This document shows positions 16,540 through 25,683 of a stretch of 28,711 nt of DNA, one piece after another. The position numbers and the translations under genes were made by a program. The stretch is from a virus (lineage: Duplodnaviria > Caudoviricetes), in IMG/VR virus record IMGVR_UViG_3300038406_000046, positions 1 through 28,711 of that record. The stretch is one strand, 5' to 3'. Position 1 is the stretch's first letter. Every line of letters starts with the position of its first letter. The notes below the pieces were generated by a model. It saw only the letters and a list, made by a program, of their open reading frames with translations. It was not told the origin of the DNA and searched no databases.

Positions 16540-17814
16540 ATGCGGAACTTCCTCTGTGAGGGCACGTCAGGCGTGAACTGCACGGCGAGTACTGTTGTTG
16601 CTGATGACGGTACTATCGCAACGGTCGCCTCGCAGGGCGGCGGGTCGAACAGCGTGCAGTTCAGCGACACGGTGGCCCATACGTTCGCTACCTCGGCGCG
16701 CTTCTTCTCTACGGCGGCGGTAGCCGGGCAGGTGCTCCGGCTGCCCTTCTCGGCATCGACTGTCACTGGTGCCGTACGACTCTACCACCAGGCGGCCACC
16801 CTGCCGCCCGTCAACTGGACCATCATGACGTTGCGTGGAACGACGACGAATCGTATCATATTGAACACGAACGGCTCGATGTCGATCGCGAGTAATGCCG
16901 GTACGGTTCTGGCCACGACGGACGCGGGGGCGTGGGACGTCGACCGGTGGAATCGGGTCGAGGTCTGGTTCGACGGGAGTGGGGCTGCTGCCACTCACGA
17001 CCTCTTCCTGGCCGTCTACAACGCCGATGGCGTGTCGGCGACGGGGACAGCGTCTCGGACGAACACGACGGTGTCGACGTCGATGGACGCGATCGACATC
17101 GGTCAGCCGGTCTCCAACGGAGCCTGGGAGCACTGGTTCGACACGGTCGGGCTCGAGGTTAACGTCACCGACTTTCTCGGTCCGTATGTGATCCCGTCCG
17201 TTTCGCGGGACGGCACACTGTCCGGCTCCGGCGCCCTCTCGGTCGAGGTCGACGAGGTGGCGCACAACCGCACGGCAGCCCTCTCGGGCGCCGGAACGCT
17301 CGTGGCGACGGTGTCGAGCGAACTCCACACCCGGTCGGTTGCCCTGACGGGGTCCGGGAGCCTCGCGGGTGCAGCCGCCAGCAACCCCGCACGGGCTGTG
17401 GGTCTGTCTGGTGCTGGGACCCTTTCTGCGGCAGCAGAAATCCTCCCCTTCGTGGTCAGCCTTTCCGGCACTGGCACGCTGGGCACCATGCTGGTGAAGG
17501 GCACGGTGACTCCACCGATCACGTTCTCCTACTGGGAGAAGCGGCGCAAGGACTTCGGGTCACATGGTGAGTTCATCGCGGATGAACTCAAGCCGTTCTG
17601 GTACCAGTCGTACCCGCAGGGCGTGACCCTGGTTCGCTACGCCGACGGTTCGTACGCTCCCGTAGCGGTGGTGACGGAAGAACTGGAGGCGCTGGATGGT
17701 GCTCGTGTCCTCTGGGGTGGCAAGGACAATGTGGTGAGCCTCGAGGAGGCCGAGCGGTTGACGGCAGCCGGGTACGGGGACTACTTGACGTTCCCACCGG
17801 AAGCGGAGGTGTGA
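16540..17814 (+). CDS. Modular fibre/decoration protein (beta-sandwich + repeats + C-terminal domain)
   Basis: Thr/Ser/Gly-rich beta N-terminal half (WNRVEVW, WFDTV; LamG/ConA-like by inference), five L(S/T)GxGxL repeats, and a compositionally distinct C-terminal ~100 aa. Confidence 0.6.
   Translation: MRNFLCEGTSGVNCTASTVVADDGTIATVASQGGGSNSVQFSDTVAHTFATSARFFSTAAVAGQVLRLPFSASTVTGAVRLYHQAATLPPVNWTIMTLRGTTTNRIILNTNGSMSIASNAGTVLATTDAGAWDVDRWNRVEVWFDGSGAAATHDLFLAVYNADGVSATGTASRTNTTVSTSMDAIDIGQPVSNGAWEHWFDTVGLEVNVTDFLGPYVIPSVSRDGTLSGSGALSVEVDEVAHNRTAALSGAGTLVATVSSELHTRSVALTGSGSLAGAAASNPARAVGLSGAGTLSAAAEILPFVVSLSGTGTLGTMLVKGTVTPPITFSYWEKRRKDFGSHGEFIADELKPFWYQSYPQGVTLVRYADGSYAPVAVVTEELEALDGARVLWGGKDNVVSLEEAERLTAAGYGDYLTFPPEAEV
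17218..17481 (+). repeat. Five intragenic L(S/T)G(S/A/T)G(A/T/S)L repeats
   Basis: Copies start at 17218, 17281, 17344, 17404 and 17461 (21, 21, 20, 19 aa spacing). Confidence 0.8.
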
Positions 17815-17818
17815 TGTT

Positions 17819-18235
17819 ATGACACTGGTGGCTCTACGCCTCGTGGCGTACATCATGCATCCCCCTTGGGCCAAGTGGCTCCAGAGGTTCCTCTTCGTCC
17901 TGATCTACAGCCTGATCGTTGCCACGGGCTACCGGGGCATCGCCAGCGACGTAGGGGTGTCGTTCCTCGCCCTCGATGGGTGGCTCCTGGTCCTGGCAGG
18001 GTTGGTTTCAACAGGGGGCGCCTTGGGGCGCCTCTACAACATCGAGTCGATCGGACTCTACTTGGCTGTTGCGGGTCTTGCCGGTGGGGCGTGGTGGTCT
18101 GCGGTTTCTGGCGCATGGTACACGGCTTACGTGGTGGTGGCGGTGGCTGGCCTGTTCGGGCTGAGGCTGCTGTCCCTGAACCGCATCGACGCGGCCATGC
18201 GTGCAGAGCACCACCTCACCAATGGAGGGCCGTAG
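17819..18235 (+). CDS. Membrane protein (~4 TM helices), lysis-cassette associated
   Basis: Four hydrophobic stretches in 138 aa; lies upstream of the endolysin. Confidence 0.7.
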   Translation: MTLVALRLVAYIMHPPWAKWLQRFLFVLIYSLIVATGYRGIASDVGVSFLALDGWLLVLAGLVSTGGALGRLYNIESIGLYLAVAGLAGGAWWSAVSGAWYTAYVVVAVAGLFGLRLLSLNRIDAAMRAEHHLTNGGP

Positions 18236-18543
18236 TGGATGGAGAGGCCATCATTGCAGTGCTCGCAGCCCTTGGTGGGGCGAGTGCTATCGGCGGAGCG
18301 ATCGTCAAGATCATCAGCACCTGGCACTCTTGGCGCGAGGGCGTCCGCCAGCGGGAGGACGAGGCTGACGAGCGGCTGGTGAAGCGGCTCGAGAAGACGA
18401 TCGACGAGCGGGCTGCGGAGATCAAGACCCTTCGGGGCGATCTCCACACCCAAGCCGAGTACATCCTCGAACTCGTCACCACGCTGGCGCGGGCCGGGGT
18501 GCCCATCCCGATGCGGCCATACAAGGGTCCCGAGGAGGGGTAG
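18235..18543 (+). CDS. Membrane-anchored coiled-coil protein (102 aa), lysis-cassette associated
   Basis: GTG 18235 overlaps the previous TAG, behind GGAGG. N-terminal TM (IIAVLAALGGASAIGGAIVKII) followed by a coiled coil. The track's 17866 start is an upstream extension. Confidence 0.72.
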   Translation: MDGEAIIAVLAALGGASAIGGAIVKIISTWHSWREGVRQREDEADERLVKRLEKTIDERAAEIKTLRGDLHTQAEYILELVTTLARAGVPIPMRPYKGPEEG

Positions 18544-18647
18544 TCCCCGGGACCCTTGATACACATAGGGAGGGTGAACTTCCCCGTGTGTGACCCACCT
18601 TACCACGAAACTTCACCCACAACTTCGCCCTGACGTAGAGGAGCACC

Positions 18648-19409
18648 ATGTCTTACCCCAACGGCCAGATTCCGGACTCGGAACTGGCCACCACCTATCT
18701 GTACTACCCGGGCACGGCCAACGGGCGACGACTGCTCAAGAGCGTCGCGCCCTACGCTGAGGCGATGGCGACGGCCTTCTACCTCCACTTCGGCAAGCCG
18801 ATGTACGCCACGGACGGCTACCGGGATCTCGCCACCCAGTGGGTGGTCTGGCGCCGGTACCTGAATGGTGGCGCTCCGGCTGCGATCCCTGGCACCTCGA
18901 ACCACGGCAAGGGCGAGGCTCTGGACCTGGCTTCCAACATCAACTCCTTCTCCAGCGCTGAGCACAAGTGGGTGCGGGAGAACGAGGCCAAGTACGGCTG
19001 GACCCACCCCGAGTGGGCCCGCCAGGGTAACGGTCGCGAGGAGGCCTGGCATCACGAGTTTGTCGGTGGTGGCACGTCGTCCGGCAGGATCCTCCGCGCT
19101 CGCACGGGGCTCGGCGAGGTGGGCCTCGGCCACACGGACAGGGCCAAGGTGCGCGAGATTCAGGAGCGACTGAACTTCCACCTGCCGACCGTGCAGCACG
19201 TCGTGGTCGACGGGGACTTCGGTCTCGCCACGGCCATCGCCGTGATCCGGTTCCAGAAGTTGCGCCGGGTGTACGTGAGTGGTCGGGTGAGCCTGCTTCT
19301 GCTGGCTCGCCTGCGTCGCGACGTGGACTCGACCCGCTACGAGCGGGCCCTGCGTCGGCTGCGTGAGCGGCGCGCACGGGCAAAGGCTCGCCTCGAGCGG
19401 GCCAACTGA
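18648..19409 (+). CDS. Endolysin: M15 (VanY-like) Zn peptidase + peptidoglycan-binding domain
   Basis: [22 protein letters not shown] (SxHxxGxAxD), EAWHHEF (ExWH); then VREIQERL...[17 protein letters not shown] (PG_binding_1-like). RBS GAGGAG. Confidence 0.9.
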   Translation: MSYPNGQIPDSELATTYLYYPGTANGRRLLKSVAPYAEAMATAFYLHFGKPMYATDGYRDLATQWVVWRRYLNGGAPAAIPGTSNHGKGEALDLASNINSFSSAEHKWVRENEAKYGWTHPEWARQGNGREEAWHHEFVGGGTSSGRILRARTGLGEVGLGHTDRAKVREIQERLNFHLPTVQHVVVDGDFGLATAIAVIRFQKLRRVYVSGRVSLLLLARLRRDVDSTRYERALRRLRERRARAKARLERAN

Positions 19410-19446
19410 AATCACACCAGCACCACCAACCAAGGAGAGATCTAGA

Positions 19447-19668
19447 GTGATCTGGACTGTTGCTTTCTGGAAGGGCGCTTCCGAGCGTGCCATCAAGACG
19501 TTCGCCCAGGCGGGCGTCGCCCTCATCACGGCCGACGCCGTTGTGGGCCTGCTCGACCTGGATGTGGTGAGCCTGCTCTCTGTGTCCGGTCTCGCCGCGC
19601 TCGTGTCCGTGCTCACCTCGGTGGGCAACGCGGACTTCGTCGCGGGCGACGTCCACAAGGAGGTCTGA
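19447..19668 (+). CDS. Holin (r1t family)
   Basis: [21 protein letters not shown] plus two TM segments. GTG 19447 lies 9 nt after AAGGAG. Confidence 0.88.
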   Translation: MIWTVAFWKGASERAIKTFAQAGVALITADAVVGLLDLDVVSLLSVSGLAALVSVLTSVGNADFVAGDVHKEV

Positions 19669-19669
19669 G

Positions 19670-19903
19670 ATGTGCCGATCGGGTTGCAAGACGCAGGACC
19701 ACAAGTCATGGGGAGAGTGCGCCCGGTCGGCCAACATCGCCACCCAGTGGCTGGGTGGCGCCGGGATCTCCTACTCGGACGAGAAGGAGTTCTGGGCGAT
19801 CGACCACGACTACCGTGAGGCGCTGGACAACGGGGTTGACCCCGGTGGGTTCGAGCGTGCGGATGTCGATGCGGCCCTGAGGGCCGTGGACGCGAAGGAG
19901 TGA
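19670..19903 (+). CDS. Small Cys/His-containing hypothetical protein (77 aa)
   Basis: RBS AAGGAGG; CRSGCKTQDHKSWGEC could bind a metal. Confidence 0.7.
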   Translation: MCRSGCKTQDHKSWGECARSANIATQWLGGAGISYSDEKEFWAIDHDYREALDNGVDPGGFERADVDAALRAVDAKE

Positions 19904-19906
19904 CGG

Positions 19907-20806
19907 ATGCCCACACTAGGCGACATTCTGGCCACCACTCGGCACCGGCTGCTTGGTGTGGGCTCCTACACGGAGCGCGTGAGCCAACTGGCAGCGGACC
20001 TCGAGGAAGGCACCCTCCAGATCGAGGTCGATGAGATCATCGGTCAGGGCCGCGAGGTCATCGAGATCGGGCTGGAGAAGATCCGGCTCAAGCGTGCGGA
20101 CTCTGCGAACAGCACGCTGACGGCCTACGACTTCGGGCGAGGCTACGACGGGACGCTCCAGTCGGCCCACTCTCTGGGTTCCGAGGTGACATGGTCACCA
20201 CAGGTCCCGAACTACACGATCGTGAAGGAGGTCAACGACCTCCTGCACTCCATGTACCCGGCGCTGTACGGCGTGCAGACGCTGGACGCGGTATACGAGC
20301 ACACGGCGGAGTCGCCGTTCGTTCTGCCTGCCGAGGCGGTGGATGTGGTCGCGGTCTTCCGTGCCACACAGTTCGCTCACGGTTGGGAGCGGGTGGACAA
20401 CTGGCGGTTCGAGCCCGATTCGGGCCAGGGTCTGGTGGTCCAGGCGCCGTCCGGTACGGACCTGCGGGTGGTGTACGCGACGGAGATCGGCCAGTTCGAC
20501 CTGTCGGACGCGAACATCCTCGAGGTCGACTTCTCGAACGCGACCGGGCTGGAGGATCGGGTGGCTCACCTGATCCCTGTCGGTGTCGCTTCCCGACTGG
20601 CGTCGTTCTACGACTTCGGCAAGTTGGGGTCCACGGGGATGGAGACTCGCGCCGACGGCGCGGGTAAGGGCTTGGGTGCTGGCACCCAGGTGGCCAACCG
20701 GCTCTACCAGGAGTTCCAGGTGGGTCTCGAGAACGAGGCCAAGGCTCTGTACAAGGCGCATCCGATCAGGCTGCACCGCGAGAGGGTGGTGTACCGCACA
20801 TGGTGA
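19907..20806 (+). CDS. Putative head-tail adaptor (tail tubular protein A-like)
   Basis: 299 aa with a TLGDILATTRHRL N-terminal helix; lies before the fibre and nozzle genes. Function is inferred. Confidence 0.55.
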   Translation: MPTLGDILATTRHRLLGVGSYTERVSQLAADLEEGTLQIEVDEIIGQGREVIEIGLEKIRLKRADSANSTLTAYDFGRGYDGTLQSAHSLGSEVTWSPQVPNYTIVKEVNDLLHSMYPALYGVQTLDAVYEHTAESPFVLPAEAVDVVAVFRATQFAHGWERVDNWRFEPDSGQGLVVQAPSGTDLRVVYATEIGQFDLSDANILEVDFSNATGLEDRVAHLIPVGVASRLASFYDFGKLGSTGMETRADGAGKGLGAGTQVANRLYQEFQVGLENEAKALYKAHPIRLHRERVVYRTW

Positions 20807-21357
20807 ACGACGTTCGCAACTACTCGTCCACGACGCTGCAGATGGCGCTGGTGGGTGCTGTCGATGTGGCGGCTGAGTCGGTCGCCCTGGATACTCTCCA
20901 GGGTCTACCTGACGTGCCCTTCACCCTGATCCTGTCTTCTGGGACCACCTCTGAGGAGGTTGTCCTAGCGACGGAGGTCTCGGGTTCGACCGTTACGGTC
21001 ACCCGGGCACAGGCTGGCACGACGGCGCGAGCGCACACTGCTGGCGCTCCCGTAGTGCACGGTGTGACGGGTGAGGACCTCCAGGAGTTCCAGGACCACG
21101 TACAGTCGGTCGCTGGCGCGCACGGGGTCGCTGGCGCGCTGGTCGGTACGACCGACGCACAGACCCTGACCGGCAAGGAGATCTCCGGCGTCGACAACAC
21201 CCTGACCGATCTCCCCGGCGCGGAACTGGACGTCGTGCCGGTCGACCGGTTTGACGGGGTGGTGGACGCGGGCACCCTGAATGGCAACTCGTGGACCGCC
21301 TCGGCGACCGCTCCGGTCGGCCCGGTCAACGGGGACGTCTGGATCGACCACTCCTAA
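20800..21357 (+). CDS. Tail fibre proximal/anchor protein (185 aa)
   Basis: EEVVLATEVSGSTVTVTRAQAGTTARAHTAGAPVVH fibre-anchor motif, VGTTDAQTLTGK trimeric fibre motif, C-terminal APVGPVNGDVWID. Confidence 0.65.
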   Translation: MVNDVRNYSSTTLQMALVGAVDVAAESVALDTLQGLPDVPFTLILSSGTTSEEVVLATEVSGSTVTVTRAQAGTTARAHTAGAPVVHGVTGEDLQEFQDHVQSVAGAHGVAGALVGTTDAQTLTGKEISGVDNTLTDLPGAELDVVPVDRFDGVVDAGTLNGNSWTASATAPVGPVNGDVWIDHS

Positions 21358-21369
21358 GGGGGGGACCGC

Positions 21370-22761
21370 ATGGCTAGTTTCGGAGAGGGCGGTTCCTACT
21401 CGGGCCACCTGCGCCTGCGAGCGCAGGTGGACGTTGGGGACCCTGGCCCTAGCACCACGTCCGTGACGGTCCGTCTGCGTGTGTGGGTGGAGACGGATGG
21501 CTGGAACTTCGCCGACAACCAGACGGTGTCATTCTCCGGCTGGAAGTCCGGTTCGGTGAACTTCCTCAACAACCTGACGTCGGGCGACAAGTTGGTGGTG
21601 GATAAGTCCTGGTCTCACCCTGTGGGCTCGAGCCAGGTGAACCGGTCCTTCACGGCCAAACTGTCTGGCAACAACGCGACAGGCTCGTCACCGTCAGTGA
21701 AGATCAACTGGCACGTGGACGGCAGTCCGGTGAAGCCTCCGGAGCCCCCTTCGCTCGCATCCATGGGTGTGTCTCGCGAGGGTGGCACGGACTGGGAGCC
21801 TACGCATAGGGTCTTCTGGGGTTACACGACGGACAACGGCGGGGACCCTGTCGATGTCTGGACATTGCAGATCGATGACTTCGACACGTTCTTCACCCCG
21901 ATCGCTGGCGCTAACACGAATGGTGGCGTGCGCCACTACATCACTGGCACCATACTACCCGGCGGGAACTACTGGTTCCGGGTCCGGGGAACCAACTCGG
22001 CCGGTGCTGGCGCCTGGAAGACGAAGACGTACGTCGCTCCTGCGGTTGTGCCGCAGTCGCCGACGCTGGACACGACGTCGTCGATCGGCAAGACGACCGC
22101 GACCGTGAACTGGACTAACCGCGATGACGGCGGTACTGACATCACCAAGTCGGGCGTCAATGTCCGACGGGTCGGGGACCAGACGGTGGTCTATTCGGCG
22201 GAGGTCTTCACCGCGACGTCGTCACGGGCGATCACCGGCCTCGAGCCGGGGACGGCCTACCAGTTCCAGGTTCGGGTGGGCCACGCTGTTGGCTACAGCA
22301 ACTACACGGCCTGGTCGAATAGTTTCACGACGGACTACTCGGAGCCGCGCAACCGGCCCTCGCTGGCGGTCTCGATCGTGGACACGACCACAGCCAAGAT
22401 GTCCTGGTCCCACACCGTGGGTCCGGGCGAGACGACTCGAACCGAGTTCGACTACGAGGTCTCTCTCTCTAGCGACTTCTCTAGCCTGTTCGCCAGTGGG
22501 TCGGTGCATGCGAGCGTCCTCTTCAAGGACATCGCGGGCCTGACCCCGGCCACCCAGTACTACTTCCGGGTTCGGGCTGTGAACAGCATCGGCGACGGCC
22601 CGTGGTCGGCCACCAAGTCCTTGACCGCCCCCCAGGGTGTCAAGGTGCGGCTGGACGGGGCCTGGGTGTCGAAGCCCCTGTACGTGTGGGACGGAACCGA
22701 CTGGATCGTCCCGACAGCAATCCGCGTCCGCGTCGGCGGCGCATGGGTCGACGCAGCATAG
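21370..22761 (+). CDS. Tail fibre/receptor-binding protein with three fibronectin type III domains
   Basis: YWFRVRGTNSAGAGAW, LEPGTAYQFQVRV and LTPATQYYFRVRAVNSIGDGPWS FN3 signatures; C-terminal VKVRLDGAW/VRVGGAW repeats. Confidence 0.8.
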   Translation: MASFGEGGSYSGHLRLRAQVDVGDPGPSTTSVTVRLRVWVETDGWNFADNQTVSFSGWKSGSVNFLNNLTSGDKLVVDKSWSHPVGSSQVNRSFTAKLSGNNATGSSPSVKINWHVDGSPVKPPEPPSLASMGVSREGGTDWEPTHRVFWGYTTDNGGDPVDVWTLQIDDFDTFFTPIAGANTNGGVRHYITGTILPGGNYWFRVRGTNSAGAGAWKTKTYVAPAVVPQSPTLDTTSSIGKTTATVNWTNRDDGGTDITKSGVNVRRVGDQTVVYSAEVFTATSSRAITGLEPGTAYQFQVRVGHAVGYSNYTAWSNSFTTDYSEPRNRPSLAVSIVDTTTAKMSWSHTVGPGETTRTEFDYEVSLSSDFSSLFASGSVHASVLFKDIAGLTPATQYYFRVRAVNSIGDGPWSATKSLTAPQGVKVRLDGAWVSKPLYVWDGTDWIVPTAIRVRVGGAWVDAA

Positions 22762-22771
22762 GAGGTGTGAC

Positions 22772-25291
22772 ATGGTGGTGCAGAACAGTACACGACCGGA
22801 CATCTCCGAGTCGATCCCGGTGAGCCTTGGCCGTGCTGGCGCACGGGCAGCCCAGGAGTCCCGGGACAAGTCCTTCTCGATCGGCATCGGTGGGATCGGC
22901 TTCAACTTGCGGGCCAATGGTCAGCACCCGTACATGCGGGAAGCGGACCAGGTTCGCAAGGAGCAGTTTGACGCTTCGGACCAGGCTGGCGAGCAGTCGC
23001 TGGGTACTTGGTGGCGTCGGTCTCAGAACGACTGGTCGCTGGGCGAGGGTGTCGAGTGGTACGAGCCTGGTGTTCGTGAGGAGACCGCGAGCCGCTACTG
23101 GGCAGGTCAGGGTGTCAACCCGTGGACGCAGGGCAGGTTGACCTTGCACCACGACATGGATGTCGATCTGGAGATCGACACGGTGGAGCCGGTGTACGTC
23201 TCGACGTACCGCTACCTGGGCGAGGATGGCTACGTCGTGGCCTATGACGACACGATCTCCTACCAGGGGTCCAACCTGTCGGGCGAGACGCGCACGAACC
23301 ATCTGGAGAACCCTCGGTTCTCGGGACGGGGCGTGGATGGCACCGCCATCCCCAACTCCCAACTGGGCGACGAGGGCAGCGGTGGTGGCCGGACGGTCAC
23401 CTTCATCGGGTCCACCGGCGGCGTCAAGTCGTACGCCCTCGGTAGCCACCCGGCTGGTGAGGGCGGGCTGGGTCTGCGCCAGCCCGCCACCGACCTCCCT
23501 GGGGTGTTCTCGTTCGCGTCGAACTTCGCCTCCCTGGGCAGCAGCAGCGCTGCCGTCCTCGTGAAGTTCGAGGTGGCTTTCTACAACGACGCTGGTGCAG
23601 GCCTGGGCGCGGGCTACTTCACGGAGGAGGCTCGCGTCGGGATGGGCGAGACTCGGCGCTTTGAACTGCACAACCTGACGGTGCCGGAGTTGGCCTACGA
23701 GTTCCGCATCATCTGCTTCGTCCGCAAGGAGTCCGACTTCGAGTTCAGCACGAACATGTCCTTCCGGCATGGGGTGGCCATCGTCGAAGAGGGCGGCATC
23801 GTGGGCGAGCCCTTCAACGGAGCGATCCCCGACACCGGCACGGTCACGTACTCGTGGGTCGGCACGGCGAACGACTCCAAGTCCACCAAGGTGACTGCAC
23901 CGGTGGCCGAGGTGACGCTCCCGGCCGGTGGGGTCACGCAGCCCGTGGTGGCTGGCGGTCGTGTCTACCACGGCCGGTCGGGGGCGGTCGGGTTCACAAC
24001 CCCGGGTGTTGCCGAGGCGGTCACGGCCACCTGCACTGGCGACGCCAGGGTCTGGTGGGTCAAGTCCCGGCTCCTGGTCGCGGTTGGTCCAGTACTGTAC
24101 TGGGTGGACCACACGGTGAGCGGCCAGGTTGTCGAGGTTGATGGCATCGAGATCGCTGACGGTGGCACCGACTGGACATGGGTGGATGTGGTCGACTCGC
24201 CGGACAGCATCCTCATGGCGGGGCATGACGGCACGAACTCGACCGTGTTCTCGGTGACGGTCACCGACGATGCGGGTGGGTTGCCGGAGTTCACGGGTGC
24301 GGCCGAGGTGGCGCGCCTGCCTTTCGGGGAGCGCATCACGTGCATGGGCACCTACCTGGGCGCCTTCGTGGCCCTGGGGACCACGTTGGGCATCCGCATC
24401 GGCTTGGTCGGTGACCAGGGGCGGGTGCAGTACGGACCCGTCTTGAAGAGGCTGGACGGTGTGAGCGACGTGTCGTTCTATGAGACGTTCGCCTACTTCG
24501 CTGTGACCGCCGGGCATCCGGATGGATCTTCGGGCCTCTGGCGGGTGGACCTGTCGACGGAGATCACCAACACGGGTCGGCAGCCATACGCTGCGGACAT
24601 CTATACCCCTTCGGCGGCAGCCGTCACGAGCGTGGCCTTCTTCGGCGGCTCGGGTAGGGCGGTACTCGTCGCGGGTGCGGTGGTCTGGCGGGAGTCGGAG
24701 GCGTTCGTCGAGGAGGGCTGGCTCACGAACGGCAAGGTCCGATTCCGCACGACGGCCAACAAGGACTTCCAGTACCTGGCAGTCTCGGGTGTCCTCAATG
24801 GGGGCACCCTGGATCACCGGGCGCTGGTGCCGGGGACCACGGAGGAGCACCGGGTTATCACGCAGACGGCCGCTACGGGGCTGCCCCGCGCGAGCCTGGA
24901 CATCTCTGGTGGTCCGTTGTTCGAGTGGATGCAGATCAAGACCTACGTCACACCGGGGGTGGTCGACACACCGGAGATCAACGCGGTGACACTGTCTGCG
25001 ATTCCTCAGCCTGAGCGGTCCCGGTTGATCCGGTACCCGCTCCAGGTGGCGGATCAGGAGTCGGGGCGGTTTGGGGCGAAGGCTGGCTACAACGGCTTCG
25101 CGTTCGACCGCATCCAAGCCTTGGAGTCCCTTGAGGGCTCCGGGCAGCCGCTGCTGGTGGAGGACTCCCGTACGGGAGAGTCCTACATCGGCACGATCGA
25201 GTCGGCGCAGTTCACCGGCGTGGACAACAGCGACAAGGCCCTGACGAACGTCGGGGGTTGGCTCGATGTGACGGTGCGGGTGCGCACGTGA
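22772..25291 (+). CDS. Putative tail nozzle (tail tubular protein B-like), 839 aa
   Basis: ATG 22772 behind GGAGGTG. Long beta-strand-rich protein with propeller-like repeats, in the size range of podovirus nozzles. Function is inferred. Confidence 0.62.
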   Translation: MVVQNSTRPDISESIPVSLGRAGARAAQESRDKSFSIGIGGIGFNLRANGQHPYMREADQVRKEQFDASDQAGEQSLGTWWRRSQNDWSLGEGVEWYEPGVREETASRYWAGQGVNPWTQGRLTLHHDMDVDLEIDTVEPVYVSTYRYLGEDGYVVAYDDTISYQGSNLSGETRTNHLENPRFSGRGVDGTAIPNSQLGDEGSGGGRTVTFIGSTGGVKSYALGSHPAGEGGLGLRQPATDLPGVFSFASNFASLGSSSAAVLVKFEVAFYNDAGAGLGAGYFTEEARVGMGETRRFELHNLTVPELAYEFRIICFVRKESDFEFSTNMSFRHGVAIVEEGGIVGEPFNGAIPDTGTVTYSWVGTANDSKSTKVTAPVAEVTLPAGGVTQPVVAGGRVYHGRSGAVGFTTPGVAEAVTATCTGDARVWWVKSRLLVAVGPVLYWVDHTVSGQVVEVDGIEIADGGTDWTWVDVVDSPDSILMAGHDGTNSTVFSVTVTDDAGGLPEFTGAAEVARLPFGERITCMGTYLGAFVALGTTLGIRIGLVGDQGRVQYGPVLKRLDGVSDVSFYETFAYFAVTAGHPDGSSGLWRVDLSTEITNTGRQPYAADIYTPSAAAVTSVAFFGGSGRAVLVAGAVVWRESEAFVEEGWLTNGKVRFRTTANKDFQYLAVSGVLNGGTLDHRALVPGTTEEHRVITQTAATGLPRASLDISGGPLFEWMQIKTYVTPGVVDTPEINAVTLSAIPQPERSRLIRYPLQVADQESGRFGAKAGYNGFAFDRIQALESLEGSGQPLLVEDSRTGESYIGTIESAQFTGVDNSDKALTNVGGWLDVTVRVRT

Positions 25292-25683
25292 CGCCCCCGG
25301 GCTGGTGGAGAGAGGAGTTGACACCGTATGGATGGAACGTGGTGCTTCGCAAACTCGGGTTGGGGCCCGAGTCGTCCAGGGGGGTGATCCTATCTGTGGT
25401 GCGCGGTCTGCAACTCAGGACGGGTCTCCCCGTTACGGGTCAAGTGGATCGTGAGACGGCCATCGCCTTGGGTGAGGCCGCCGAGTGGCGGGCTCCTCCT
25501 GTCTGGTGGTTCGACGGGATGACGGTGGAGGACCTGGCGGTCCCCGCTGATGTGGTCCATCGACTGCAGGGTCGGTTGGGTCGGAAGGTGTCTAGTGAGG
25601 TAGACGTTCTCCTGGCCTGGCATCTGGTGGTTGAAGGTGTAAGTACGGTGACATCACCCGAAGGTGCGCGTACGGTGACATGA
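25288..25683 (+). CDS. Small protein with peptidoglycan-binding-like helices (131 aa)
   Basis: GTGA overlap with the previous stop. VRGLQLRTGLPVTGQVDRETAIALG resembles PG_binding_1; a degenerate second copy is VHRLQGRLGRKVSSEVD. Confidence 0.6.
   Translation: MTPPGWWREELTPYGWNVVLRKLGLGPESSRGVILSVVRGLQLRTGLPVTGQVDRETAIALGEAAEWRAPPVWWFDGMTVEDLAVPADVVHRLQGRLGRKVSSEVDVLLAWHLVVEGVSTVTSPEGARTVT

Noticed and set aside
22640-25324. Long antisense ORFs (894 aa here; also 1772-2656, 2681-3901, 5987-7342, 7970-9268, 12414-13286, 15188-16150)
   Set aside because: Shadow frames of GC3-biased sense genes, which rarely generate antisense stops. No motifs or RBS, and they fully overlap well-supported genes.
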